A DNA stretch of 34,839 nucleotides, from the sequence record SRR16203515_3127. One strand, 5' to 3'. Position 1 is the first letter of the stretch, and the number at the start of each line of letters is the position of its first letter. The notes below the pieces were generated by a model. The model ran no database searches, was not told where the DNA came from, and saw only the letters and a program-made list of their open reading frames with translations. The position numbers and the translations under genes are program-made. Below, one piece after another: positions 19,042-28,518 of this stretch.

Positions 19042-20151
19042 ATGAACATACTTTATTCATATGAAAAACAAAACGATATCGCTACTGCGAAAGACCTATT
19101 TAAATCTATTTCAAAACAATTCCATTTCTGAAATTCTCTTCTTAAAATCGAAGACCTTTCAGAACGAGAAGAGGAAATCGATTTAATTCTTGCTGTTGCA
19201 GACTATAAAAAAAACTTGTCAGCACTGTTCAAAGAAAAAAAATACATTAATAATACAATAACTTTCAACAATGAAATATCTTCTCTTATTTCTGATAATT
19301 CTTCGATCTTATCTGATTTAGATGATGAAGAGTTTTATGAGTTATTTCAAGATAACTTGATTATTATAAGCAATTTAATGGATGAAATTTATTTAAGTAA
19401 TCTTTCTAAGTTAAAATATGCGAAACATGATTGTTACATGCAGTTTAAAGCTTCAACTGGAGGTATGGAATCAGAAAACCTTGCTTTTATTATGTTTAAA
19501 AATTATCTAAAAATGTTTGAAGATCAAAATATTAGCTGTGAGGTAATTGATTATGAATCTTCTGGATCTCAATTATTAAAAAATGGAATCATAAAAATAG
19601 AATCAGATTATGCTTTTGGGCGGTTTGAAACGGAAAAAGGAATTCATCGATTTACAAGAGTATCACCTTACGGAAATGGCAAATTACATACTTCTTTTGT
19701 TTTTATTGATGTGTATCCACATATAGAGTTTGATAAACAATTTAATATCAATAAATCTGATCTAAGAATTGATACATTTAGAGGAAGTGGAGCAGGTGGT
19801 CAACATAAAAATGTCACAGATAGTGCTGTTAGAATAACACATAAACCAAGTGGTATTGTTGTTAAAATTGAGAATGAAAGAAGTCAACACCACAACAAAA
19901 AAGAGGCAATGGATATATTAGCATCAAAATTATATGAATTGGAAACTTCTTTATATGAAAAAGAAAGCAATGATAAAAAAGGAAAAGGTGTCAGTCAAGA
20001 TTGGGGTCAACAAATTAGAAGTTATTCTATTGAACAAAATCGAATAAAAGATCATAGAACAAACTTAGAATTAAATTGTAATATAAATTATTATTTACAA
20101 AACATGTTTGATTTTATAACTAAAAATAACATTAATATATCGATTAAATAA
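19042..20151 (+). CDS. prfB: peptide chain release factor 2 with in-frame TGA at codon 30 (19129-19131); 369 aa if read through
   Basis: GGMES, ETEKGIHRFTRVSPY..KLHTSF, GSGAGGQHKN, ERSQHHNK, WGQQIRSY. The ORF-track ORF (TTG 19216) continues upstream in the same frame to SD-preceded ATG 19042 across one TGA. Confidence 0.85.
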
Positions 20152-20158
20152 TAAAAAT

Positions 20159-20190
20159 AAAGCCATGTTTCTGATTCATGGCTTTTTTTT
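20159..20190 (+). terminator. intrinsic terminator after prfB
   Basis: AAAGCCATG-TTTCTGATT-CATGGCTTTTTTTT. Confidence 0.75.
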
Positions 20191-20236
20191 ATAAAATAAT
20201 ATGATAAAATAATATTAAAATAAGGAGTAATTTATT

Positions 20237-20596
20237 ATGGCTGATAATGAAAATGAAAACAAATCTATTATGGATACATTAGAAAGGTTAAGAGGAATAA
20301 GCAAAAAGAAAAAAGAAGAAAAAAATAAAAAAACACATCATCAATTTAATCTTCAATTAGATGAAGATACACCTGAAACAACCGTTAAAATGGAAAGAAA
20401 TGGAAAAAGAAGAAGTGTTACAGAAACTTATCAAAAGGATTCTTTAAATATAACACCAACAGCAGAAGAAAGCATTAGTGATATAAAAAATAAATTAAAA
20501 GAGTCAAGTGAGAAAAGAATTAAAGAAGATTCTTTAAAAAAAGAAGAAGAGTTTAAAAAAAAGAAAGAAAGAATAAATAAAAGATTAAAAAGATAA
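20237..20596 (+). CDS. highly charged Lys/Glu-rich hypothetical protein
   Basis: TGATAAAAT extended -10 and AAGGAG SD upstream, terminator downstream. Confidence 0.7.
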   Translation: MADNENENKSIMDTLERLRGISKKKKEEKNKKTHHQFNLQLDEDTPETTVKMERNGKRRSVTETYQKDSLNITPTAEESISDIKNKLKESSEKRIKEDSLKKEEEFKKKKERINKRLKR

Positions 20597-20621
20597 AAAA
20601 GAGCCAATTGGCTCTTTTTTT
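20595..20621. terminator. bidirectional terminator (26-bp perfect palindrome)
   Basis: AAAAAAGAGCCAATTGGCTCTTTTTT between convergent genes. Confidence 0.8.
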
Positions 20622-20632
20622 ATTTGTTAAAT

Positions 20633-22189
20633 TTAAGATAAATTTAATTTTGCTTTTAATTCTGCTCCATATTGAATCAAGTCTTGAATAACTTGTTCTT
20701 TAACAGGATCACCTTTATATTTTTCTTTCATTTCCATAATGGATTCTTTATATTGTGCCAAGGTCATTGAATATACACCATCTTCAATTCTCTTTTTACA
20801 TAATTCCAACCATTTATCTAATGCTTTTTGGTCAAGATCTTCTTCATAATTTCTTGCCACAAATCTAAATATCATTTCTGGCACTCTTTTTTTATCTTCA
20901 AAACCTTTTGCTTTCATTGTATTACGTAAGTAATCTAATAAGTCAGCAGAATTTGTTTTCTTTATTGTTTCAAAATGTTTTTTATCAGTATCCGAGAAAA
21001 ATCCACCAGTGTAAATTTGAGTATCAACATCAACATCTGGTTCACCAAAATTATTAGATGATTCAAAAACCTCTCTTATTTTTTGATCTATGCTTGTAAA
21101 GTTATCTTTAATCGTCTTAATGTTTTGACGTAATTTATCACCTGAAAAAGATAATGTTTCTGCTGTCTCAGGAGTTAAGTAACTTAAAGGTAAAACAACT
21201 GGACATTTATTTACAGCAATTGTATGTAAAGGAATTCTTTCTTCACCTAAATCAAGATATTTAAATTCAGAATTCATTTCTGCCTCATCTTCTGGACGAG
21301 TTTTTCTAAATAAACGATCTTTAATAGTTTCAGCATCCATTTCTAATATTTTTGAAATATCTTTTGTTAATTTAATACAAAAAATGTTATTTCCTTTTGA
21401 ATAAATAGGAAAAAGGACTTCAACAAAATCTTGTTCACCGCCAAAATAAGAATCAGCCATTAAAAACGGTTTCATGTTTAAAATGCTTTCTCCATATTTA
21501 GGATTTGAATTAAATTGTTTGAATAAAAATGAAGCAACTCCACCTTTTGTTCTTTGTTTGAATAATAAATCAAATAATTCTGGTTGAGAATCTTTTAACA
21601 TTTTTGCTAATTTGATTGTAGCTCTAACATCTGACAATGCTTCGTGAGCGTTTTCATGTTCAATTCCATTAGCAGGGCTTAATTGATCAAGTTTAAATAC
21701 TTTTTTACCTGTTTCATCATTAATAGGTACATTTATAATACCTGGATAAATTGCGTGCATCATTCTAACTACATTTAACAAATCCCAACGAGAACAGTTG
21801 TTTCTCCACTCTCTGCTATATGGATCAATAAAGTTTCTATAAAAACCGTTTCTTGTTACTTCATCATCAAAATTAATGCTATTATAACCAACACCACAAG
21901 TTCCTGCTGTTGCAAGTTCTTTTTCAATTTGATGAAAGAAACTTGTTTCATTAAAGCCTCTGCCTTCCTTTTCATGTCTATATGGTGAGATACCTGTAAT
22001 TAAACATGCCTCTGGACTTGGAAGACGATCAGGAATAGGTTTACTAAAAATATCCAAGGGTTCACCGATTTCATTAAAATCTAAATCAGTTCTAATCCCT
22101 GCAAATTGAGATACACCATCCAATTGTGGGTTTATTCCAAATGTTTCATAATCATGCCAATACAATGTTTCTTCTTTGTTTTTACTCAT
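20633..22189 (-). CDS. sbcB: exodeoxyribonuclease I
   Basis: WHDYETFG, QFAGIRTD, GYNSINFDDEVTR, SRWDLL, AHEALSDVRATI, NKCPVV, VDTQIYTGGFF. Confidence 0.95.
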   Translation of the reverse strand: MSKNKEETLYWHDYETFGINPQLDGVSQFAGIRTDLDFNEIGEPLDIFSKPIPDRLPSPEACLITGISPYRHEKEGRGFNETSFFHQIEKELATAGTCGVGYNSINFDDEVTRNGFYRNFIDPYSREWRNNCSRWDLLNVVRMMHAIYPGIINVPINDETGKKVFKLDQLSPANGIEHENAHEALSDVRATIKLAKMLKDSQPELFDLLFKQRTKGGVASFLFKQFNSNPKYGESILNMKPFLMADSYFGGEQDFVEVLFPIYSKGNNIFCIKLTKDISKILEMDAETIKDRLFRKTRPEDEAEMNSEFKYLDLGEERIPLHTIAVNKCPVVLPLSYLTPETAETLSFSGDKLRQNIKTIKDNFTSIDQKIREVFESSNNFGEPDVDVDTQIYTGGFFSDTDKKHFETIKKTNSADLLDYLRNTMKAKGFEDKKRVPEMIFRFVARNYEEDLDQKALDKWLELCKKRIEDGVYSMTLAQYKESIMEMKEKYKGDPVKEQVIQDLIQYGAELKAKLNLS

Positions 22190-22281
22190 TTAAAAGTATC
22201 CTCTTTGTTTAATATTTCTATAATAACATAAATAAAAGCCAAAATAAAGTTTTATTTTAGCTTTTTCGTCTTCTTTTTTAC

Positions 22282-22932
22282 TTATTTTCTTGCTATAAAA
22301 CCACAAAATCCATAACTTTTCCAGAACATTTCAACCATTGAAAATTCTGATAATTCTTTTTCAATCTCTGAAACTGTCTTTAACTTCATTACACTTGTAA
22401 GTTCTTGCTGTTTTTGAAGTATTTCTTCATCAGAAAAATGATTTCTTTTATATTTAAAATAAACAGAATTTGTTATACTTTCTAAACAAGGATCTAATGA
22501 ATGTGTTTTTTCACATATTATGAAATAACTACCTTCATTTAAACTGTCGTAAGCTTTTTTTATTACATCTTTTCTTTTGTGTCTTGGTAAGAATTGTAAT
22601 GTAAATATTGAAGATATTACACTGCAGTTTTTTGGTAAATTTGCCAATAATAAATCTTCTTTTGAAAAATTTATTCCATCTAAATTTTCATTTGGTATTA
22701 AATTACTTATATCATAGCCAAAATATTCACAAGTTTTATTTTTATCTAAACTTAATAATAGAGAACCTGTTGAACAACCTAAATCAAGTATGTTTGTATT
22801 TTGTTCGGTTAAGGCTTCTATAAAAAATTTAACTTGGTTTTTTAAAAAATCATAATTTGGTATTGATAAATTTATGTGTTTATCAAAATCATCTATTTTA
22901 TTAAAATCAAAGTTCTTCATTTTATAATCCAT
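22282..22932 (-). CDS. CmoA-like class I SAM-dependent protein
   Basis: FDKHINLSIPNY, ILDLGCSTG, IFTLQFL, ICEK and LTSVM resemble carboxy-SAM synthase CmoA. Confidence 0.75.
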   Translation of the reverse strand: MDYKMKNFDFNKIDDFDKHINLSIPNYDFLKNQVKFFIEALTEQNTNILDLGCSTGSLLLSLDKNKTCEYFGYDISNLIPNENLDGINFSKEDLLLANLPKNCSVISSIFTLQFLPRHKRKDVIKKAYDSLNEGSYFIICEKTHSLDPCLESITNSVYFKYKRNHFSDEEILQKQQELTSVMKLKTVSEIEKELSEFSMVEMFWKSYGFCGFIARK

Positions 22933-23004
22933 TTTAATGTTGTTATTCTTTTATTCTATCACATAATAAATAAATATAAAAGTAATATGCACTGAAAATA
23001 TAAC

Positions 23005-23033
23005 TTGAAAAAAATGGAAAAGTATATTATAAT
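23005..23033 (+). promoter_or_regulatory. putative sigma70 promoter
   Basis: TTGAAA-17 bp-TATAAT. Confidence 0.65.
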
Positions 23034-23062
23034 TTGGTAATTATTAACAAAAGGGAAAACTT

Positions 23063-24988
23063 ATGAAAACTGAAAAAAGTGAACTTTGCATTGATGAGGA
23101 TGTCAATTCAAGTTCAAAAAGATTTAAAGGAGTTGTTCGAGGAACAAGACAGAGATTTGGATTTTTAAATGTAAGTGGACATGAAGATATTTTTATAAAA
23201 CCACAAGAAATGGATAAAGTTTTTGCAGGAGATACAATTAGTATACTTGTTGAAAATTATGGTGATAAAGACCAAAATGTAATTGTTGAAGAAATTATAA
23301 GCACTAAGTTTGAACAATGTATGGGTGTTTATGTGGAAAATGAAACAGGTTCTTATGTGTTTCCTGATGATTACGGATTCAATCGAGGTATAAGAATTCC
23401 AAAATCACATAGAAAACGTGCAAAAAATGGTGACTATGTAAAAGCAGAGGTTATAGAACATCCATTTGAAAGTAAAAAACCAAAAGCTCGTGTTTTAGAC
23501 GTTATTGGTTCTACTAATAATGTTGGAGTTGAAGTAGATTATTTTTTATCAAAAAACAATATATCAACAAGGTTAACACCTGAAATAAAAGTTGAATGTG
23601 ATAAGTTAATGAGTGAATATGATGTTAATTCAATTTCTCATAAACGAAAAAATTTATCCAAATTAAATTTTTTCACAATTGATGGTGATAACACCATAGA
23701 TATTGATGATGCTATATATGTTCAGAAGCTTAAGAATAAATGGAAAATATTAGTTGCTATATCTGATGTATCAGAGTTTATTGAAGAAAACTCTGCTATT
23801 GATGAAGAAGCGTATAAAAGAATTTCAACTGTTTATTTAATTGGTAAAACAATTCCGATGCTTCCTGCTGAATTTGCTCATGAATATTTGTCATTAAAAC
23901 CAAATGAAAAAAAACCAGTGTTGATTGCTGACATGACTTTAGACTTTGATGGGAAAATGATTAAATCTGATTTTTATGAAGCTATTATTGAGTCAAAAGC
24001 AAAACTAACATATTCAGAAGTTGAACAGTTTATTGAGACAGGTAGTTTAAATGAAGATCATTTGCATGTTCAAAATGAAGTTGGATTGTTATATGAACTT
24101 CATAAAACATTAAGAGATAGAAGATCGGAACAATATCTAATTCCTGCTAAACGATTTGATTATAAATATTTGTTAAATGAAAGTAGACATATTGAAAATA
24201 TTGAACTTATAACTCAACAATATTCATATAGAATGGTTGAAGAAGCAATGCTTTTAGCTAATAGATGTGCAGCTCGATTTATTAAAAATGATGAAAATGC
24301 AATTTTTAAAACTCAAAATGGGGTATTAGAGGGAAAGAAGAAATACCTTGCAGAATATTTAAGAAAGCATGTTTTTTTTGAAAACTCAATGTTTGAGAAT
24401 ATTGAAGATTTTAAACATTTGTATTCATTAATTGAAGAAAACGAGAATTCAGAAGATATTAAGCAGTTTTTAAACCTTAATTTTAAAAAGAGTGAGTTTT
24501 CTAATATAGCTAATCAACATTTTATAATGGGTTTTGATGAGTATACTTATTTTACTTCTCCTATTCGTAGATATATTGATATTGAAACACATAGGATTAT
24601 AAAAGCTAAAATAAATAAGAAAAAGTATAAAAGCAATAGGTTGAATAGAATTGAACATTTTACTAACAAAGAAAAAAATATTCAATCTTGTTATTCAGGT
24701 GTTGAACATTGGTTGAAGTCAATTTATATACAAAAACATAAAGATATTTCATTTAATGCAGTTGTTACAAATGTAAGTATTTTTGGAGTTAATGTTAAAA
24801 TTGGAATTAATGGAATTGAAGGTTTTATACCTGTTTCTAATATAACAGAACATAAAACTCGTGTTATAAAAAGGAATGAGTTTGAAATTGATGTTGCAGG
24901 TCATATATTTAAATTAAATGATTCTGTTGTTGTTAATCTCAAGGAGATTCAAGAGGGATATTCTATTATATTTAATCTTGAAAAATAA
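23063..24988 (+). CDS. rnb: RNB-family exoribonuclease, RNase II-like
   Basis: KGVVRGTRQRFGFL (cf. RNase II EGVVKATEKGFGFL), FTIDGDNTIDIDDA, MVEEAMLLAN, YTYFTSPIRRY, C-terminal S1. 641 aa. Confidence 0.8.
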   Translation: MKTEKSELCIDEDVNSSSKRFKGVVRGTRQRFGFLNVSGHEDIFIKPQEMDKVFAGDTISILVENYGDKDQNVIVEEIISTKFEQCMGVYVENETGSYVFPDDYGFNRGIRIPKSHRKRAKNGDYVKAEVIEHPFESKKPKARVLDVIGSTNNVGVEVDYFLSKNNISTRLTPEIKVECDKLMSEYDVNSISHKRKNLSKLNFFTIDGDNTIDIDDAIYVQKLKNKWKILVAISDVSEFIEENSAIDEEAYKRISTVYLIGKTIPMLPAEFAHEYLSLKPNEKKPVLIADMTLDFDGKMIKSDFYEAIIESKAKLTYSEVEQFIETGSLNEDHLHVQNEVGLLYELHKTLRDRRSEQYLIPAKRFDYKYLLNESRHIENIELITQQYSYRMVEEAMLLANRCAARFIKNDENAIFKTQNGVLEGKKKYLAEYLRKHVFFENSMFENIEDFKHLYSLIEENENSEDIKQFLNLNFKKSEFSNIANQHFIMGFDEYTYFTSPIRRYIDIETHRIIKAKINKKKYKSNRLNRIEHFTNKEKNIQSCYSGVEHWLKSIYIQKHKDISFNAVVTNVSIFGVNVKIGINGIEGFIPVSNITEHKTRVIKRNEFEIDVAGHIFKLNDSVVVNLKEIQEGYSIIFNLEK

Positions 24989-24992
24989 AAAT

Positions 24993-25022
24993 AAAAAAGC
25001 CAGTATAGACTGGCTTTTTTTT
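24993..25022. terminator. bidirectional terminator
   Basis: AAAAAAGCCAGT-ATAG-ACTGGCTTTTTT. Confidence 0.8.
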
Positions 25023-25692
25023 ATTTCTCCATTTTCTTTTTCTTTTGGTTTATTAAATTTTCTTTAATATCTTTTTGTGTTGGATTATCTTTAAATAATG
25101 GTATGTATATTATTTGACCAGGATAAATGTGATTCATTTTAATTAAGTTTTTATTAATATTTAATAATGTTTCTATTCTTTTTGATATTTCATTCCAAGT
25201 CGGTTTATAATTTTCTGGATATGTATGTAATAAAATCTTTTTTAAAGTATCATTTTTTTTAACTTTATATTTTATTAAAGGAAGATGTTTACCATTTGAA
25301 AGTTTTATTTTTACAATTTTAGAATCATCATTTAAAGAACTTTTTATCGCAATAAGAGTGTTTCTTATTTCTTCTTTAATATTGCCATTTTCATCAAATT
25401 CTAAAATATACAAATCTTTAGTTTCTTTTAGGTCAACATATAGTTCTTTTATTAAATCCTTTCTTACTTCGATTACTTCTTTTGAGGCTTCTAATGACAT
25501 TAATTCATTTTCTAAATCTGAAATAATTACATCTAATTTTTGAATTTCTTCTTTGCCTTTTGCAAGTTCTTCCATATAAAATGCAGTTATGTTATCTATT
25601 TTTTCAATAGCTAATTCTTTTTCTGTTTTTTCATTTGCAATAGATAGCATTGAAGTTGCTGAAAGTATTATTGCTAAAATTGTTTTTTTCAT
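25021..25692 (-). CDS. exported coiled-coil protein with C-terminal LysM-like domain
   Basis: Signal peptide MKKTILAII...SIA. YKVKKNDTLKKIL...NKNLIKMNHIYPGQIIYIP. Confidence 0.8.
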   Translation of the reverse strand: MKKTILAIILSATSMLSIANEKTEKELAIEKIDNITAFYMEELAKGKEEIQKLDVIISDLENELMSLEASKEVIEVRKDLIKELYVDLKETKDLYILEFDENGNIKEEIRNTLIAIKSSLNDDSKIVKIKLSNGKHLPLIKYKVKKNDTLKKILLHTYPENYKPTWNEISKRIETLLNINKNLIKMNHIYPGQIIYIPLFKDNPTQKDIKENLINQKKKKMEK

Positions 25693-25721
25693 TTTTTATT
25701 CCTTTAATAAAATCTATTTAA

Positions 25722-26183
25722 TTATTCTTTAACTTCAAATTTCTCAAATAGTTCTGATAAAAATTTTTCGATTTCTTTATCAGCGAAAACTTTTATACCT
25801 TTATTTGTGATTTTTGAAAATCCAAAATCTACGCTACCTTCAATTTTTATTGCAACAGTTGTTTCATTATTTGTAGATATTGCTCTCACTTTACAATCTA
25901 ATTTTAGATTATTATTTTCTATATCATCAATTGAAAAAATATGCAACATTCCTTTTTCTTTGTTTACTATATATTTCAATCTTGTTTTTAAAAAAAGTTT
26001 TTTCATTACTACTTTTTTTTCTTTTGTTTTTATATCAAAACAATCTTCTTCAATTTTTTCAAAAGAATCAATAAATCGAGACTCTTTTGCTAATAACTCA
26101 AAATCTTGATCGAAAACTGATGCTATTTTATCAAATGAATAATTAAATTTTCTTTTTTCTGTTAAGTTAAACGGTATAGACAT
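25722..26183 (-). CDS. SRPBCC/CoxG-like protein (tentative)
   Basis: 153 aa with beta-alpha-alpha-beta-rich layout and a long C-terminal helix. GAGGA SD. Confidence 0.5.
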   Translation of the reverse strand: MSIPFNLTEKRKFNYSFDKIASVFDQDFELLAKESRFIDSFEKIEEDCFDIKTKEKKVVMKKLFLKTRLKYIVNKEKGMLHIFSIDDIENNNLKLDCKVRAISTNNETTVAIKIEGSVDFGFSKITNKGIKVFADKEIEKFLSELFEKFEVKE

Positions 26184-26263
26184 TTAAAATCCTCTTATTT
26201 TTTGTTTATTATAACGCTATTTTAATTAAAATTCAAGCAAAATAAAAAGCAAACTAATGCTTT

Positions 26264-27031
26264 TTATTTTTTTTCTATACAATTATTGAATTCATCTATT
26301 GTTTTAGATGAGGAACAAATAAAAGATCTTAAGTCAACTTTTAACAATTCTTCTTTTGAATTTTTTAACTTTCCATCAACGCAATTATAAACATTTATTC
26401 CACTGTAAGTATTTTTACAATCTTTATAAACATTTTGAAATATAATTGATATATTTGTTTTATATTTTAATTTAAAACTATCAAAAGAAGAAATTAAGTT
26501 TGATATTAAATTAACTAAATTATTTTCTGACTTAGCTTCTCTTTTTATTTTCAACATACATTCATTAACTTCTTTCATGTTATTGCTATGAGTTACACAA
26601 TAATTTTCCATCCAATTTTTTTTATCTTTTGCTTTTTCAAATGTTAAATAATTATTTTCAAAACAATCTCCAACAGAACTTCTTGATGATGAACATTGAC
26701 TTGAAATATCTTTTTTAAATTTAATTTCTTGCAATGAACTAACTGTTCTATTTTTTTGATATTTTAAGAACACTAATGGATTGTATTCATATTTTAAACA
26801 ATTTGAAAATAAATCTAATGAATTGTAATTTGAAAAACAATAATTAATTATGCTATTTGGTTGATTCATTTTTAGTAATGTGTTAACATCACCAATACAT
26901 TTTTTTGAATCAGGGGCAAAATGTTCACATAATATCAATAATTTTTTTCCATTGAAATCTGATGCTTCTACTTTGCTACCAGAAAAAAAGAATATTAATA
27001 ACGCTATAGTTATAATATTTTTTATTATCAT
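26264..27031 (-). CDS. secreted protein with six Cys-pair repeats
   Basis: Signal peptide ending VEA. 12 Cys arranged as six C-x9-12-C units. Confidence 0.75.
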   Translation of the reverse strand: MIIKNIITIALLIFFFSGSKVEASDFNGKKLLILCEHFAPDSKKCIGDVNTLLKMNQPNSIINYCFSNYNSLDLFSNCLKYEYNPLVFLKYQKNRTVSSLQEIKFKKDISSQCSSSRSSVGDCFENNYLTFEKAKDKKNWMENYCVTHSNNMKEVNECMLKIKREAKSENNLVNLISNLISSFDSFKLKYKTNISIIFQNVYKDCKNTYSGINVYNCVDGKLKNSKEELLKVDLRSFICSSSKTIDEFNNCIEKK

Positions 27032-27231
27032 AAATCATTTCCTCTATACTTTATTTCATTTTAATAAAAAAATCATAATTGACAAGTTTTTATTTAAAAA
27101 AAAACAAAAAATCTATAAAATAAAGAGAATAATGACTTTATTAAAAAAAAATAGATTATAAAGTTGAAAAAAAAATCTTTTAAATTATAATAACAATTAT
27201 TGTATTAAAAAGAAATTTAAGGAAAAAGAAT

Positions 27232-27675
27232 ATGAGTAATAATCCAACACAAAAAGGCATTGTTAAATGGTTCAATGAAGAAAAAGGTTATGGATATATA
27301 ACAAACAATGAAAATAAAGATCTTTATTTTGGTGTAAAGGATATTATAGGTGCAGAATTACCAGAAAGAGGTGATATTGTTTCATTTAATGTTCACATAG
27401 GAAAAGAACAAACAGAAGCAGCAACAAAAGTTAGGATTACATTTAAAGAAACTCCTAAATTGAAAAAAGTTAAATGTCAAAGATGTGAAAGAGAAGTTAT
27501 TCCAAAAGTATGGTATTATGGTGGATCTGATTATACTACTGTTAATATTGACTTATTATGTCCGTTTTGTGGAAATCAAATTTCTAAAAATGGTGGCGGT
27601 TTTAATAAATTAGCAAAAACAATACTTGGATTATTTATTGTAGCTATGGCTTTTGTATTTATTAAAATTATGTAA
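27232..27675 (+). CDS. cold-shock domain + zinc ribbon + C-terminal TM protein
   Basis: KGIVKWFNEEKGYGYI..DLYF, CQRC...CPFC, terminal hydrophobic helix. TTGAAA-16-TATAAT promoter at 27164-27191. Confidence 0.85.
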   Translation: MSNNPTQKGIVKWFNEEKGYGYITNNENKDLYFGVKDIIGAELPERGDIVSFNVHIGKEQTEAATKVRITFKETPKLKKVKCQRCEREVIPKVWYYGGSDYTTVNIDLLCPFCGNQISKNGGGFNKLAKTILGLFIVAMAFVFIKIM

Positions 27676-27702
27676 ATTTTAATTATTTTATTGAGAGGTT
27701 TT

Positions 27703-28425
27703 ATGAATATTATTAAAGTTCAAGAGCAAGTTGATTTTTTTAAGAATAAAGCCAATGAATTATTTAAGGCTTTTTCAAATGATAAAGAGCCTTTTTTTTA
27801 TTTTAATTCTTTTATTGATAATGAATGTTTTTCATGGGTTTTAGAGGATAAAAATAAATATGTTGCTGTCTGTAATGTTTTATATTTAAAAAATGAAAAA
27901 ACTTGGTTTATAAAAGATTTATATAGTTTAAATTCTGATAATGATGAAATATATTTTAAAAAATTATTAAATCATATTATTTTATTTAATATTAAAACTA
28001 AAAGAGAATTAAATACTATTTGTTATCAATCAAATAAAATTAATGCGTTTCATTATTTACCTTTTCCATTAAAATATGATGTTGTTAAAATTAATCATTA
28101 TTCAATTCCTTATTTTTTATACAATGAATTAAAACTTAAAATTGATGAATTATTGACTTTTAAAATTATTAACAATCCGATTTGTGAAAAAAAAGATAAT
28201 AATTATTATTTAAAAATGATTAATTACAATCAAGATGTAGAAAATTTTATTAATTTATATATAGAAAATAACGATTCTCTTATTCATTTTTCAACCGAAG
28301 AGTATTCATTGTTAAATAAACAGCTTGAATACTATAATATAAAGCCTGTTGAGTTTTTTTCTTTAAATATCTTTGGTGATTTTAAAAATACAAACTCTAT
28401 TACAATAGATTACTTTATTAAATGA
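27703..28425 (+). CDS. hypothetical protein, possibly degenerate GNAT-fold (start ATG 27703)
   Basis: GAGAGG SD. VAVCNVL...WFIKDLYS...YFKKLLNHI loosely resembles GNAT beta4-alpha3 but lacks the R/QxxGxG motif. Confidence 0.5.
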   Translation: MNIIKVQEQVDFFKNKANELFKAFSNDKEPFFYFNSFIDNECFSWVLEDKNKYVAVCNVLYLKNEKTWFIKDLYSLNSDNDEIYFKKLLNHIILFNIKTKRELNTICYQSNKINAFHYLPFPLKYDVVKINHYSIPYFLYNELKLKIDELLTFKIINNPICEKKDNNYYLKMINYNQDVENFINLYIENNDSLIHFSTEEYSLLNKQLEYYNIKPVEFFSLNIFGDFKNTNSITIDYFIK

Positions 28426-28461
28426 CTGACTTTTTGTTGGTCATTTTTTATAAAAAAAGAC

Positions 28462-28490
28462 TTGCGAATAGAGTATTAAAATGATAAAAT
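28462..28490 (+). promoter_or_regulatory. putative sigma70 promoter (extended -10) of helicase gene
   Basis: TTGCGA-17 bp-TAAAAT with TG. Confidence 0.6.
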
Positions 28491-28518
28491 AAACAAAATA
28501 ATCAAATAAGAGGCAACG

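Noticed and set aside
19061-19186. Alternative 41-codon ORF (MKNKTISLLRK...) as the 5' half of a frameshifted prfB
   Set aside because: It has no SD and lies in the +1 frame, so it would need a -1 shift. No canonical CTT-TGA site or internal SD is present.
19042-20151. Genome-wide UGA recoding (code 4/25) as the explanation for the prfB internal TGA
   Set aside because: All other genes are intact under code 11, Trp is encoded by TGG where checked, and TGA serves as a real stop at 2958-2960 (ATGA overlap) and 28423-28425.
20237-20596. Resemblance of RNGKRRSVTETY to the IF2 N-terminal associated domain
   Set aside because: Too short and compositionally biased to support.
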